From IMG/VR virus record IMGVR_UViG_3300036805_000167, positions 64,001 through 128,000 of that record: a DNA stretch of 64,000 nt; one strand, 5' to 3'. Below are positions 53,648 through 62,081 of the stretch, piece after piece. This stretch comes from a virus (taxonomy: Duplodnaviria > Caudoviricetes). The position numbers were made by a program, and so were the translations under genes. Position 1 is the first letter of the stretch. Every line of letters starts with the position of its first letter. The notes beneath the pieces were generated by a model. It had not been told where the DNA came from. It did no database searches and saw nothing but the letters and a program-made list of their open reading frames with translations.

Positions 53648-54150
53648 GACGCCTCACCCGCCGAGTCGCAGTACTCGGCGTAGCTGGTCGCCAAGCCCAT
53701 CCGGCCACGGCGGATCAGCAGCGACGCGATCTTGCGGGGGTCGCGGAACACCCGGCCCCGCGGCGAGGTCCACGACCCGTCGGGGTTCGGTGTCCACTCC
53801 GCCGGATGGATCTGATCGGGACGCACCACCGCGCCACCGCCATAGGACACCTCCCCGGGGTCGCCGCTGACCTCGCGGCGAGTGTGGGGACGGCGACGGC
53901 GCGGCTCGGTGGGGTCGGTGGGGTCGGTCAGCGCATCCAGGTCGTAGGACACCCCGTGCCAGCGGGCGTAGCCGGCGATGGTGGCCTCACGGAACGCCGC
54001 GGACACCGCGTGCCACAGCTGGTCGGGACCTTTCGCGATGACCGCGTGACCGCGGGCCTGCGGAGTGGAGACACGCAACCGGCCGTCGTCGAGGCGTTGC
54101 AGTTGCAACTCCACGTGTCGTGCACCCGGCCGCGAACCCTGAGCACCCAT
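53644..54150 (-). CDS. Hypothetical protein
   Basis: GAAAGG RBS; WTPNPDGSWTSPRGR. Confidence 0.55.
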   Translation of the reverse strand: MGAQGSRPGARHVELQLQRLDDGRLRVSTPQARGHAVIAKGPDQLWHAVSAAFREATIAGYARWHGVSYDLDALTDPTDPTEPRRRRPHTRREVSGDPGEVSYGGGAVVRPDQIHPAEWTPNPDGSWTSPRGRVFRDPRKIASLLIRRGRMGLATSYAEYCDSAGEAS

Positions 54151-54223
54151 CAGCGAGTGAGCCTTTCGTCGTGGATCACAGCGCAGAGTAACGGGTTGGT
54201 CTCGTTCACATACTCCGGGACGC

Positions 54224-55990
54224 TCAGGCGTCGCGTTCGTGGGGCGAGCGAGAGTTGTGCCGCATCGCCCGCTGCATGCCCATCGGCGTGATCCCACCGG
54301 TGCCGGTCGTGGCAGTGGCGCCCTGGCGGCTCTTCGCCGTGTTGATCGGGATGACTGCGCCACCGACGTCGGTGACCCGGGAGATACGCGCGGTGCCGCG
54401 CGCCGACTCCAGATGCGTGGTCAGCATCGACAGCACGTCGATCCGGTTCGGGCTCTTCTGGCCTTCCAACCACTGGCAACACTCGTACTCCAGGCGATCG
54501 AGCTGGCCGAGCAGGCACGCCCGGCCGGTCTCGAACGCCCCGGCCACCGACTCCGCGCGAACCCGCTTCGACTGCCGCGGAGTGATCGACACGACCCGCG
54601 GCCCAGTGGGTCCGGCGTCGAGGACCGCGCGGAACACCTTGAGCACCTGGCGCAGCGCCACCAGCTCAGCGGCCTGGTCGTCACCGCGGGCACGGAGCTC
54701 GTCGATGGCGAAGTGCGGGCGGGAATCGTCGCCGTTCTCCAGCTTGTCCTCGGGCACATCAGCGAGGGCCTGGGCCTGGCGGTAGAGCAGCGCCCAGGCG
54801 TCCGGGATGGAAGTGCGCATCCCGAGGTTGTGCTCCTGCACGATGCGGGTGGCGCCGTGGGTGATCCAAGCGAGGCACGCCTTACGCGCCCACTGCGCCT
54901 GGGAAAGCTGCGCCGACAGGTCGTCGGTGAACACGATCTTCCCGTCGCGGGTCAGGCCGGCGACCAAGATGCCCGCCGCGTCACCGCGGCCGGTGTCGGC
55001 GGGGTCGACCCCGACCACAGTCAGCACGAAGTGTGGCCGCTGCGTGAGCCGGTGGGTGGCGAACCACGCGTGCTGGAAGATGCCGCCCTCGAGCGGGGCG
55101 GGACGCCCCTGGTACAACGCCGCGAAGTCCCGCTCCCCGACGTCCGCGCGGACCTTCTCCCAGTCCAGGCGCGTGCGACCACGAGTGGAGATCAACCACT
55201 CACCGGACTCCCGGTCCAGCGCGTCCTCGGTCTCACCGTCGGAAAGAGCCGGGATGTTGATCAGCGGCCAGCCCTGCTCGATCATCCGCCCAGCAAGATC
55301 GTCTTCGTGCCAGCGGGTCTGGATGACCAGCGCCGGCGCACCCGGAGCGAGACGAGTACGGGCGACTGAGGTCCACCACTCGTGCATCGCCTCGCGGACG
55401 GTGTCCGAGTCGGCCTGCTCCCGGCCTTTGAGGGGGTCATCCACAAGCATGATGTCAGCTGGGCGGCCGGTCAGCGCACCGCCAAGGCCCACCGAGTACA
55501 GCCCGCCTCGGCGACCTTCGATGCCCCAGTCGGTGGCGTCACGGTGGCTCTGGTCCAGCGGCAGGCACAGCTCGGGGTGGGTCTTGAGGATGTTGCGGAC
55601 CTCGCGGCCGGTCTGGCGCGCGAGGCTCTGCGCGAAGCTGACGTTGACGATGCGTCGGTCCGGGTCATCGCAGAGCAGCCAGGTGATCAGCCACCGCAGC
55701 TGAGTGGTCTTGAACTCCTGCGGCGGCACCGAGACCACCAGGCGACCGTCGTAGGAAGTGGCCGCCTCCTTCATGCGGCGCGAGACCAACTCGAGGGCCG
55801 GGGTGCGCTTGGTGCGCAGGTCGAACCGCTCCGCGAAGTCCAACGGCGTCGGGTGCTGCGCCAAGAACATCTTCCGCGCGCCACCGGGGTCCGCGGCGAC
55901 CAGGGCATCCCGTTGCTTGCGCAGCTCCTGGAGCTGCTCGAGCTTGTGCAGCCGACGCGCGCGCAGGCTGGCGTTCTCGGGCTCGGTCAC
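54224..55990 (-). CDS. terL: Terminase large subunit
   Basis: SVPPQEFKT (variant Walker A), GGALTGRPAD, LVDDP, IQTRWHEDDL, ALYQGRP, VGVDP, SPNRID. Confidence 0.92.
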   Translation of the reverse strand: MTEPENASLRARRLHKLEQLQELRKQRDALVAADPGGARKMFLAQHPTPLDFAERFDLRTKRTPALELVSRRMKEAATSYDGRLVVSVPPQEFKTTQLRWLITWLLCDDPDRRIVNVSFAQSLARQTGREVRNILKTHPELCLPLDQSHRDATDWGIEGRRGGLYSVGLGGALTGRPADIMLVDDPLKGREQADSDTVREAMHEWWTSVARTRLAPGAPALVIQTRWHEDDLAGRMIEQGWPLINIPALSDGETEDALDRESGEWLISTRGRTRLDWEKVRADVGERDFAALYQGRPAPLEGGIFQHAWFATHRLTQRPHFVLTVVGVDPADTGRGDAAGILVAGLTRDGKIVFTDDLSAQLSQAQWARKACLAWITHGATRIVQEHNLGMRTSIPDAWALLYRQAQALADVPEDKLENGDDSRPHFAIDELRARGDDQAAELVALRQVLKVFRAVLDAGPTGPRVVSITPRQSKRVRAESVAGAFETGRACLLGQLDRLEYECCQWLEGQKSPNRIDVLSMLTTHLESARGTARISRVTDVGGAVIPINTAKSRQGATATTGTGGITPMGMQRAMRHNSRSPHERDA

Positions 55991-55993
55991 CGC

Positions 55994-56479
55994 TTACTCG
56001 ACCGCTTCGGCGTCGGCCTTCTCGGCGTCCTGCGCGTCCTGCTCAGCCTGGGCGACCTGGTCCATCGCGGCGAGCTCACGCTGCAGCGCAGCGATCTCCT
56101 GGTCGACCTTGTCGATGGTGACCACCTGGGTCGGCGCGTCCAGCCCGAGCAGCTTGGCCTTGCGCTCGGCCCAGCCGCGGATCGAGCTCCACGCCTCGAT
56201 GCGGCTGCGCGCGGAGACGTGGGCCTCGTCGCGGGCGATGCCCATCAGGTCGGCGATGGCGTCGTCGATGAGCATCAGCTCCTCGGCCCGATGCTCATCG
56301 ACGTGCTGGGCCGGCGCCTCGGCGATCATGCGCTGGTAGTCGTTCCACGCGGTACCGACCGAGCAGCCGAGCGTCTCGGCGATCTGCTTCCAGCCCAACC
56401 GCTGACGACGCAGCTCGACCACGCGCCCAGCACGCTTCGCCACGTCGACCGGGTCGTGCGCGGGCTTTCCCTTCGCCAT
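55994..56479 (-). CDS. terS: Terminase small subunit
   Basis: N-terminal HTH (WKQIAETLG), RKAKLLGLDAP; directly upstream of terL. Confidence 0.8.
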   Translation of the reverse strand: MAKGKPAHDPVDVAKRAGRVVELRRQRLGWKQIAETLGCSVGTAWNDYQRMIAEAPAQHVDEHRAEELMLIDDAIADLMGIARDEAHVSARSRIEAWSSIRGWAERKAKLLGLDAPTQVVTIDKVDQEIAALQRELAAMDQVAQAEQDAQDAEKADAEAVE

Positions 56480-56519
56480 GCCCGGGATGATAGGCCGCGC
56501 CGCCGGCTCTGTGCCGGGG

Positions 56520-56555
56520 TTGTGCGGGCGAGGGATATGCGCTAGAGTCCTCTAC
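56520..56555 (+). promoter_or_regulatory. Leaderless promoter TTGTGC-N17-TAGAGT-N7-ATG
   Basis: Promoter family member. Confidence 0.65.
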
Positions 56556-56834
56556 ATGAGCACCCCGAACCGCAAGCCCGCCAAGCGGAACTTCTCGCAG
56601 GCCCTGCCCACCCGCAAGCTGGTCAGCCACTGCCTCGGCTGCGACAAGAAGGCCTACTTCGAGCGCAGCCACGCCAAGGACGAGCGCAAGCGGCTGCGCC
56701 GCGCGGACCCCAACGAGATGCCGCTGTCGGTCTACCGCTGCCCCGACGACGACACCCGCTGGCACATCGGCCACGACCACCTGCGCCACCTCGACGTCGT
56801 CGACTACTACAACTCGCTGGAGACCGGAGCATGA
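56556..56834 (+). CDS. Phage zinc-binding protein
   Basis: CLGCDKKAY...YRCP....WHIGH. Confidence 0.6.
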   Translation: MSTPNRKPAKRNFSQALPTRKLVSHCLGCDKKAYFERSHAKDERKRLRRADPNEMPLSVYRCPDDDTRWHIGHDHLRHLDVVDYYNSLETGA

Positions 56835-57031
56835 GCCGGCGGGCTGAGTGGTCGTGGGGCGACGCCACCGATACCACCGAGGTGCGCATCATGGCGCTGC
56901 CTGACCGGAAGGCGTCGTACCTGGTGATGCACACCGACGACGGCATGCACCAGATCGCGCGGTTCCTCGACGACCGGGCGGCCGAGGAGTTCGCCGCCTG
57001 GCTGGACACGCGGCTGGGCGAGGGGGCGTGA
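56831..57031 (+). CDS. Hypothetical protein
   Basis: Coupled ORF. Confidence 0.55.
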   Translation: MSRRAEWSWGDATDTTEVRIMALPDRKASYLVMHTDDGMHQIARFLDDRAAEEFAAWLDTRLGEGA

Positions 57032-57213
57032 ACGACGACCGCCGCAACCTGACGGCGTGGCTGATCTTCACCTTCGTGATGCTGCTGTGCCTGCTGGCCA
57101 CGGCGTTCGACCTCTTGACGTCGAGCCGAGTGACCCTGCTCGACGTTACCGTCCTGGCCGCGGGGCTCGTCGCGCCGGGCGGGCTGACGCTAGCGACTCG
57201 ACGCATGACCTAG
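57028..57213 (+). CDS. Small membrane protein
   Basis: Two TMs, coupled. Confidence 0.5.
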   Translation: MNDDRRNLTAWLIFTFVMLLCLLATAFDLLTSSRVTLLDVTVLAAGLVAPGGLTLATRRMT

Positions 57214-57385
57214 AGCATGAATTGTGAGTGCGAAGAGGGTGAGAATTGGTGAGGGGGAAGGCCGACCACCCAGGCGCCTTGCTTTAAAAAAGGGCGCGAA
57301 ACCCCGGGCGGTTTGCCGGCGGCCACGCATGCGGGTACGTGTACGCGCGCAGAGCACACGGAAAGAATTGCCTCGAGCTCCTTTC

Positions 57386-57421
57386 TTGCCCTCTGCCCTA
57401 GAGCGGCGTAGAGTGGCTTCC
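57386..57421 (+). promoter_or_regulatory. Leaderless promoter TTGCCC-N17-TAGAGT-N7-ATG with CCCTAGAGC site
   Basis: Promoter family member. Confidence 0.65.
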
Positions 57422-57751
57422 ATGCGAACAGTCATCCTCTCCGGGCTCGCCGTCATCATCATCGCGCTGGCCCCCCACCTCCCCATGATCGTCCAAGCGG
57501 CGCCGCACCCGGCGACGAGCGCGCCGAGCTCGCAGCCGCGCGTCACCCAGGCACCCGCGGCCGAGGCGGTGCCGGCGCCGGGGGGTATGCCCGCGGGCTA
57601 CTACGTCGCGGTGGACGCCGAGGCGCCCTCACAGTGCGTAACCGACCTGCTGGCGCTGGGGTGGACCGGCGATCCCACCGACGGGCGTGAGGCTGTCATC
57701 GCCCCGCACAGCGTCTACGTCGCGGTCTGCCACCCGCTGGTGTCCGCATGA
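57422..57751 (+). CDS. Secreted/membrane-anchored hypothetical protein
   Basis: Signal-like N-terminus; C..LLALGW.GDPTDG.E. Confidence 0.55.
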   Translation: MRTVILSGLAVIIIALAPHLPMIVQAAPHPATSAPSSQPRVTQAPAAEAVPAPGGMPAGYYVAVDAEAPSQCVTDLLALGWTGDPTDGREAVIAPHSVYVAVCHPLVSA

Positions 57752-58041
57752 GCCTCGCGGACATGCCCCTCTCGATCGCCGTCAACCGCGAAGGAGCTCC
57801 CATGCCCCGCAAGACCTTCACCGCCGCCCTGCTCGACGAGACCGGCCAGGTGCTCGCCGCCGACACCAAGTACGCGTTCAACTCCACGATCAAGGCCAGC
57901 GAGGCCCTCGTCCGCGCGTGGGCGCGCGAGCGTGAGGTCTACTGCCACGGTGGACGCCCGACCCGCCAGGGCGACATCTACACCCGCCAATGGATCGCCG
58001 AATCCGGCGAGCAGCTCACCGCCCACGTGAGCCCAGCATGA
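57748..58041 (+). CDS. Hypothetical protein
   Basis: Coupled ORF (alternative start 57802 with AAGGAG). Confidence 0.55.
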   Translation: MSLADMPLSIAVNREGAPMPRKTFTAALLDETGQVLAADTKYAFNSTIKASEALVRAWAREREVYCHGGRPTRQGDIYTRQWIAESGEQLTAHVSPA

Positions 58042-58199
58042 GCCTCATCGAGCTCGAGCGGGAGCGCCGGGATGATCACTGCCCGGCCTGCGGCGAGGGC
58101 ATCGACTGGGAGAGCGGTGATCACGAAATCCTGGAAAGTGGCTGGTCAGCGCGCTGCTGGATCACGCGGGCAAGCTTCGATCTTGCGGTGCTCGAGTAG
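58038..58199 (+). CDS. Small CxxC protein
   Basis: HCPACGEGIDW; coupled. Confidence 0.5.
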   Translation: MSLIELERERRDDHCPACGEGIDWESGDHEILESGWSARCWITRASFDLAVLE

Positions 58200-58267
58200 A
58201 AGCTGACACTTCCTGTCAGGAGTTCAAGCGGGTAGTCGTTCACGTTGTCAACTCAGCGTTGACGAGC

Positions 58268-58300
58268 AGGGCCCGGCCTCGTGATTCGAGGCCGGGCCCT
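58268..58300. terminator. Hairpin (14-bp stem)
   Basis: agggcccggcctcg / cgaggccgggccct followed by T-rich tract. Confidence 0.7.
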
Positions 58301-58301
58301 C

Positions 58302-58336
58302 TTGTGCTTTGCTCTAGGGCATGTAGAGTGGTCCCC
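58302..58336 (+). promoter_or_regulatory. Leaderless promoter TTGTGC-N16-TAGAGT-N7-ATG with GCTCTAGGGC site
   Basis: Promoter family member. Confidence 0.65.
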
Positions 58337-58531
58337 ATGAGCACAGACCAGCACAGCGTCAAGGCCGCCGGCCTCCTCGTCGGCCACGTCCTCGCCACCG
58401 GCCAGACCGTCACCCGCGTCGAGATGTACACCGCCTACGGCCTGCACGGCGGCACCTGGATCGAGTGGACCACCGACGACGGCGCCAAGGACTCCGCCCC
58501 CGCCTACTCGCTCGTCCACACCGCCTCCTGA
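58337..58531 (+). CDS. Small hypothetical protein
   Basis: MSTDQHSVKAAGLLVGHVL. Confidence 0.6.
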   Translation: MSTDQHSVKAAGLLVGHVLATGQTVTRVEMYTAYGLHGGTWIEWTTDDGAKDSAPAYSLVHTAS

Positions 58532-58984
58532 CGTCGTGCGTGGCGCCCAGCTCGCCTGGGCGCCGCGTTCCCCGCCAGACCCGACCGAAGGAGCTCGACA
58601 TGCAGACCACTGACATCCGCTACAGCCTCACCCGCCACGACGTCGCGCATGACTGCACCCAGACCGAGGTCCCCGTCGTCGACTCGCCCGCAATTGGCGC
58701 CGCCGCCGCCGCGGCACTGCGCAACCGCGTCAACGACCGGCGGGACGCCGCTGCCGCCCCGGTGCGCTGGTACGCGGGTGACAGCGGCACATGGGCGGCA
58801 GTGACCGACCTGCACCGCCGCGGGCAGCACGACGACGCGCTTGAGCTTGCCAGCTTCCTCTACTGGACCGAACGGCGCGCTGTCGCCCGGGACCACGTCG
58901 TGTGGACGCTCACCACCTCCTGACGTCGTGCGGCGCCCAGCTCGCCTGGGCGCTGCGTTCCCCGCCAGACCGACCCGCTAGGAG
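58519..58984 (+). repeat. ~75-bp intergenic direct repeat (58519-58593 / 58911-58984): stop codon + hairpin + RBS
   Basis: cctcctgacgtcgtgcg..gcgcccagctcgcctgggcgc.gcgttccccgccagacc..AGGAG twice. Confidence 0.85.
58600..58923 (+). CDS. Hypothetical protein (cassette between repeats)
   Basis: AAGGAG RBS; MQTTDIRY. Confidence 0.6.
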   Translation: MQTTDIRYSLTRHDVAHDCTQTEVPVVDSPAIGAAAAAALRNRVNDRRDAAAAPVRWYAGDSGTWAAVTDLHRRGQHDDALELASFLYWTERRAVARDHVVWTLTTS

Positions 58985-58993
58985 TCCTGCCCC

Positions 58994-60226
58994 ATGATCA
59001 CCGATTACCCCACCATCCACGCCGAGGTCCCCGCCGAGCTCCTCGAGCCGACCAGGCCGAAGGTGACCAAGGAACAGCAGCTGCTCAACGAGGTTGAGGG
59101 CGTGTTCCGCAAGTTCATGGCGATGCCCTCCGAGCACGCCTTCACCGTGGCGACGCTGTGGGTGGCCCACACCCACCTGCGCAGCACCGAAGGCCACTTC
59201 CTGCCCCGCACCACGCCCCGGCTCTACTACGGGTCCAAGCAGGCGGGCTGCGGCAAGACCATGGCCATGGAACTCACCACGCTGATGTGCTTCAACGGCG
59301 AGGTCGTCATCGAGCCCACCGAACCCGGCCTGATCTCAAAGATCCACAACGACCACGCCACCGTCGGGCTGGACGAGATCGATCTGTTCTTCGGCAACCG
59401 CGGCGGGTCGAAGTCCGGCCACCGCGCAGTTATCAACGGCGGCTACAAGCGCGGCACCACCGTCGACCGCGAGCGCAACGACGAGACCGAGAAGCGCAAC
59501 ATCCACGCGCCCATGGTGCTCGCCGGCAAGAATGCCAACCGGTTCATGACCGCCGACGCATTCGAGACGCTGCGCACCCGTTCGATCGCCGTGCTGCTCG
59601 AGCGCAAGCCTGTCGGTACCGAACTCGCCAAGTACCGCTCCGACCGCCACGAAGGCCACCTGCGCAGCATCGCGGCCCGCCTGGCCCGTTGGGGGCAGCA
59701 CTTCGGCAAGCGGATCACGTGCCTCGACGTCGAGCCGCTGCTCGACGCGCTGGGCATCGACAACCGCGACGCCGAGGTCTGGAACCCGCTGTTCCAGCTC
59801 GCAGCCCACGTCGGTGGCGACTGGCTCGACCGCATCGAGGCTGCCGCCAAGGCATTGACCCTGGGCGACTGGGGTCCCGACGAGACGCCGGTCCTCTCGC
59901 CGGCCGAGGACCTCCTCAAGGCCGCTGCGGACGCTTTCGGCGACGACGAGGACTTCCTGTCCACCTCCGAGCTCTTGCGGCGCCTGCTGACCGCTGAAGG
60001 GTCGTGGTGGACCGAGGAGTGGTCGACCCCGCGGGCGGCGGCGATGGACCTGGCGACCACGCTGGGCACCTTCGGCATCGAGGCGAGCCGCGGCTACGTC
60101 GACGGCAAGCAGGCCCGGGGCTACGCGCTGAGCGCCCTGCAGGCGGCCCCGGACGACGAGGACGAGGACTGGGGCGCCGAGTCCGCCGCTCCGGCAGAGT
60201 GGGACTGGAGCGGCATCGACGACTGA
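58994..60226 (+). CDS. DUF3631-type P-loop ATPase/replication protein
   Basis: TLWVAHTH, TPRL, GCGKT, GLDEID, GYKRG, RTRSI, RDAEVWNPL, GGDW, C-terminal wHTH (ARGY). Confidence 0.75.
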   Translation: MITDYPTIHAEVPAELLEPTRPKVTKEQQLLNEVEGVFRKFMAMPSEHAFTVATLWVAHTHLRSTEGHFLPRTTPRLYYGSKQAGCGKTMAMELTTLMCFNGEVVIEPTEPGLISKIHNDHATVGLDEIDLFFGNRGGSKSGHRAVINGGYKRGTTVDRERNDETEKRNIHAPMVLAGKNANRFMTADAFETLRTRSIAVLLERKPVGTELAKYRSDRHEGHLRSIAARLARWGQHFGKRITCLDVEPLLDALGIDNRDAEVWNPLFQLAAHVGGDWLDRIEAAAKALTLGDWGPDETPVLSPAEDLLKAAADAFGDDEDFLSTSELLRRLLTAEGSWWTEEWSTPRAAAMDLATTLGTFGIEASRGYVDGKQARGYALSALQAAPDDEDEDWGAESAAPAEWDWSGIDD

Positions 60227-60240
60227 CCCCGCGCAAGGCG

Positions 60241-60275
60241 AGAAGGGCCCCGCAGCATCGCTGCGGGGCCCTTCT
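60241..60275. terminator. Hairpin, 16-bp perfect stem
   Basis: agaagggccccgcagc-atc-gctgcggggcccttct. Confidence 0.75.
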
Positions 60276-60287
60276 GCTGTCTGCGGA

Positions 60288-60400
60288 CAAGACAACCTTG
60301 CGTGAAGCAAGACAACCTCGCTCGAGCAAGACAACCTTGCGTGAAGCAAGACAACCTCGCTCGAGCAAGACGACCTTGCGTGAAGCAAGACAACCTTGCG
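60288..60400 (+). repeat. Six CAAGAC(A/G)ACCT iteron-like repeats, spacing 20/19 (39-bp higher-order unit)
   Basis: Starts at 60288, 60308, 60327, 60347, 60366, 60386. Confidence 0.9.
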
Positions 60401-60409
60401 GGGGCCCTC

Positions 60410-60444
60410 TTGCGTTCCCGGCCCCACCGTGTATGCTCTAGAGC
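60410..60444 (+). promoter_or_regulatory. Leaderless promoter TTGCGT-N16-TATGCT-N7-ATG with GCTCTAGAGC palindrome
   Basis: Promoter family member. Confidence 0.6.
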
Positions 60445-60672
60445 ATGAGCACCGACCAGTACACCGTCACCAGCAACGTCCTGCGCGCCGAGCTGCGCCT
60501 CACGCTCGACGATGGCGACCCGTGGGGGTCCGCGATGGGCTGGGCGTTCGCGCTCGGCGAGTGCCTCGCGGTGATGCGCTACGACTACGACGAGGACTTC
60601 CCAGCCAGGCCCCCGCACTTCGGTGCGGGGGCTCTCTTGCGTTCCCCCCAACGATGCTCTAGAGTATGGGAT
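60445..60672 (+). pseudogene. Probable 3'-truncated gene reading in frame into the 60673 gene
   Basis: MSTDQY... has no own stop and runs through a UUCG hairpin (60609-60632) and a promoter. Confidence 0.4.
60637..60672 (+). promoter_or_regulatory. Leaderless promoter TTGCGT-N17-TAGAGT-N7-ATG
   Basis: Promoter family member with GCTCTAGAGT. Confidence 0.65.
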
Positions 60673-60933
60673 ATGCAGATCAACGTAGTCCGCCGCTCCG
60701 CCCTCGCCCAGCTGGCCGTGCTCACCATGGCCGCCCCGATCTGGATGCTCTGGTGGATGCTCAAGATCGTCTTCCTCGGCCTGGTCGTGCTCGGCAAGGT
60801 GCTCGCCGTGATCTTCGGCGGCGTCTACGACCACATCGCCGCCCGCCGCGCCGGCACCACCGTGGCCGAGCTCAACGACGCGGCCGACCAAGCCGCCAAG
60901 CACCGCCAGGCCGCCGTCTCGAACCGGCGATGA
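60673..60933 (+). CDS. Membrane protein
   Basis: MQINVV...; hydrophobic core. Confidence 0.6.
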   Translation: MQINVVRRSALAQLAVLTMAAPIWMLWWMLKIVFLGLVVLGKVLAVIFGGVYDHIAARRAGTTVAELNDAADQAAKHRQAAVSNRR

Positions 60934-61025
60934 GCCGCCGCGCGCTGGTCTGGCCGCTGCTCGGCCTCGGGCTCGGCCTGGCCGCCGACTGGCTCTGCGC
61001 GATCCTCCCCGGCCTCGCCGGTTGA
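60930..61025 (+). CDS. 31-aa membrane peptide
   Basis: ATGA-coupled; MSRRALVWPLLGLGLGLAADW. Confidence 0.35.
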   Translation: MSRRALVWPLLGLGLGLAADWLCAILPGLAG

Positions 61026-61084
61026 CTCGTCAAGCTTCCCCCTCGTGCGTGCGTGCGCGACGCGAGCAGGCACACCCACCCCGC

Positions 61085-61117
61085 AACGGCCCGTCAGCGA
61101 AGCGCTGACGGGCCGTT
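61085..61117. terminator. Hairpin between convergent genes
   Basis: aacggcccgtcagcg-aag-cgctgacgggccgtt. Confidence 0.7.
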
Positions 61118-61161
61118 CGGCGTTCCCGGGTCTCCCAGGGCCACCGGGCGCCGTGCGGCCG

Positions 61162-61455
61162 TCAGCGAAGCGCTGCGGCGCCTCTACGGGCCCCGCCGAA
61201 CGCCTTGGCCTTGGCTGCCTCGTCCATCTCCGGCCCGCGCCACATCTCGTCACGGAAGAACATCACCCGCTCGCCGGCATGCGCCCCCGACTGCTTGACG
61301 ATCTCGGCGGGCTCGAGGCAGCGCCCGTGCTCCCCGGCGGCCACCCGGTGCGCGTCGAACAGCCCCACCGACGCGAAGGTCCGGTGACAGCTCGAGCAGT
61401 GGGCCGCTCCCAGCGCCGTCCAGCCCGTCTCACACCCGTTGCAGGTGATGCTCAC
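61162..61455 (-). CDS. FDXHR-type phage zinc-binding protein
   Basis: CNGC...HCSSCHRTF....FDAHR......CLEP. Confidence 0.75.
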   Translation of the reverse strand: MSITCNGCETGWTALGAAHCSSCHRTFASVGLFDAHRVAAGEHGRCLEPAEIVKQSGAHAGERVMFFRDEMWRGPEMDEAAKAKAFGGARRGAAALR

Positions 61456-61593
61456 GTCCCTGACACCTCCACTTTGCCCGCGCCTGCCGAATCTGAGCGA
61501 CTTTCTCGCGTCCCGAGGGTCAGGACACCGGGGAGCACCTCCGCGAGCCTCTCAGGCCGTCTCAGGCTCTCGAGAACCCGCCGGCCGAACCCC

Positions 61594-61622
61594 TTGCCCC
61601 CTCGAGTTGCATGCGCTAGAGT
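61594..61622 (+). promoter_or_regulatory. Promoter TTGCCC-N17-TAGAGT with no in-register ORF
   Basis: Promoter family member facing a convergent gene. Confidence 0.5.
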
Positions 61623-61666
61623 ATGGCTATCGGCAAGCGAGAGGCTCAGCCTCCGGCCGATCCCCC

Positions 61667-62050
61667 TCACGTGTACCCACGCCGTGCGGTCCGGGCGTGC
61701 TCGCTCGACGACCTCGCCGCCAGCACTTCACGAGCCCTCGCCTCGCCTGCCTTCTTGGCCGCTTCCTCATCGACCGGCCAGCCCAGGTCCATCAGGGTCC
61801 GAGCCTCGACCATGATCACCAAGGTGTCGTCGTCCGGAACCGCGGTGTGCACCTTCGCGGTGTCCAGCCCCGCCCGCTTCGACCACTGCCGGAAGCTCGA
61901 CCGCTTCGACGACACCGACACCGACCCGTCCAGGTCGACGCCGCGCTTGAGCTCGTGGGCCTGCCCGTCGCAGTAGGCCCGCCAGTCGTTGAGCGGGCCA
62001 CGCAGCGACTTCTCGCCCCACACCTTGTCCGGGTCCACGATCCGCGACAT
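61667..62050 (-). CDS. Hypothetical protein
   Basis: GAGGAGG RBS; W..YCDG....LKRGVD. Confidence 0.6.
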   Translation of the reverse strand: MSRIVDPDKVWGEKSLRGPLNDWRAYCDGQAHELKRGVDLDGSVSVSSKRSSFRQWSKRAGLDTAKVHTAVPDDDTLVIMVEARTLMDLGWPVDEEAAKKAGEARAREVLAARSSSEHARTARRGYT

Positions 62051-62081
62051 GTTCCAGCCCTCCTCAGGTCCTGTTGACTCC

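Noticed and set aside
60288-60400. CRISPR-like array
   Set aside because: Repeats are 11 bp with 8-9 bp alternating identical spacers; no cas genes.
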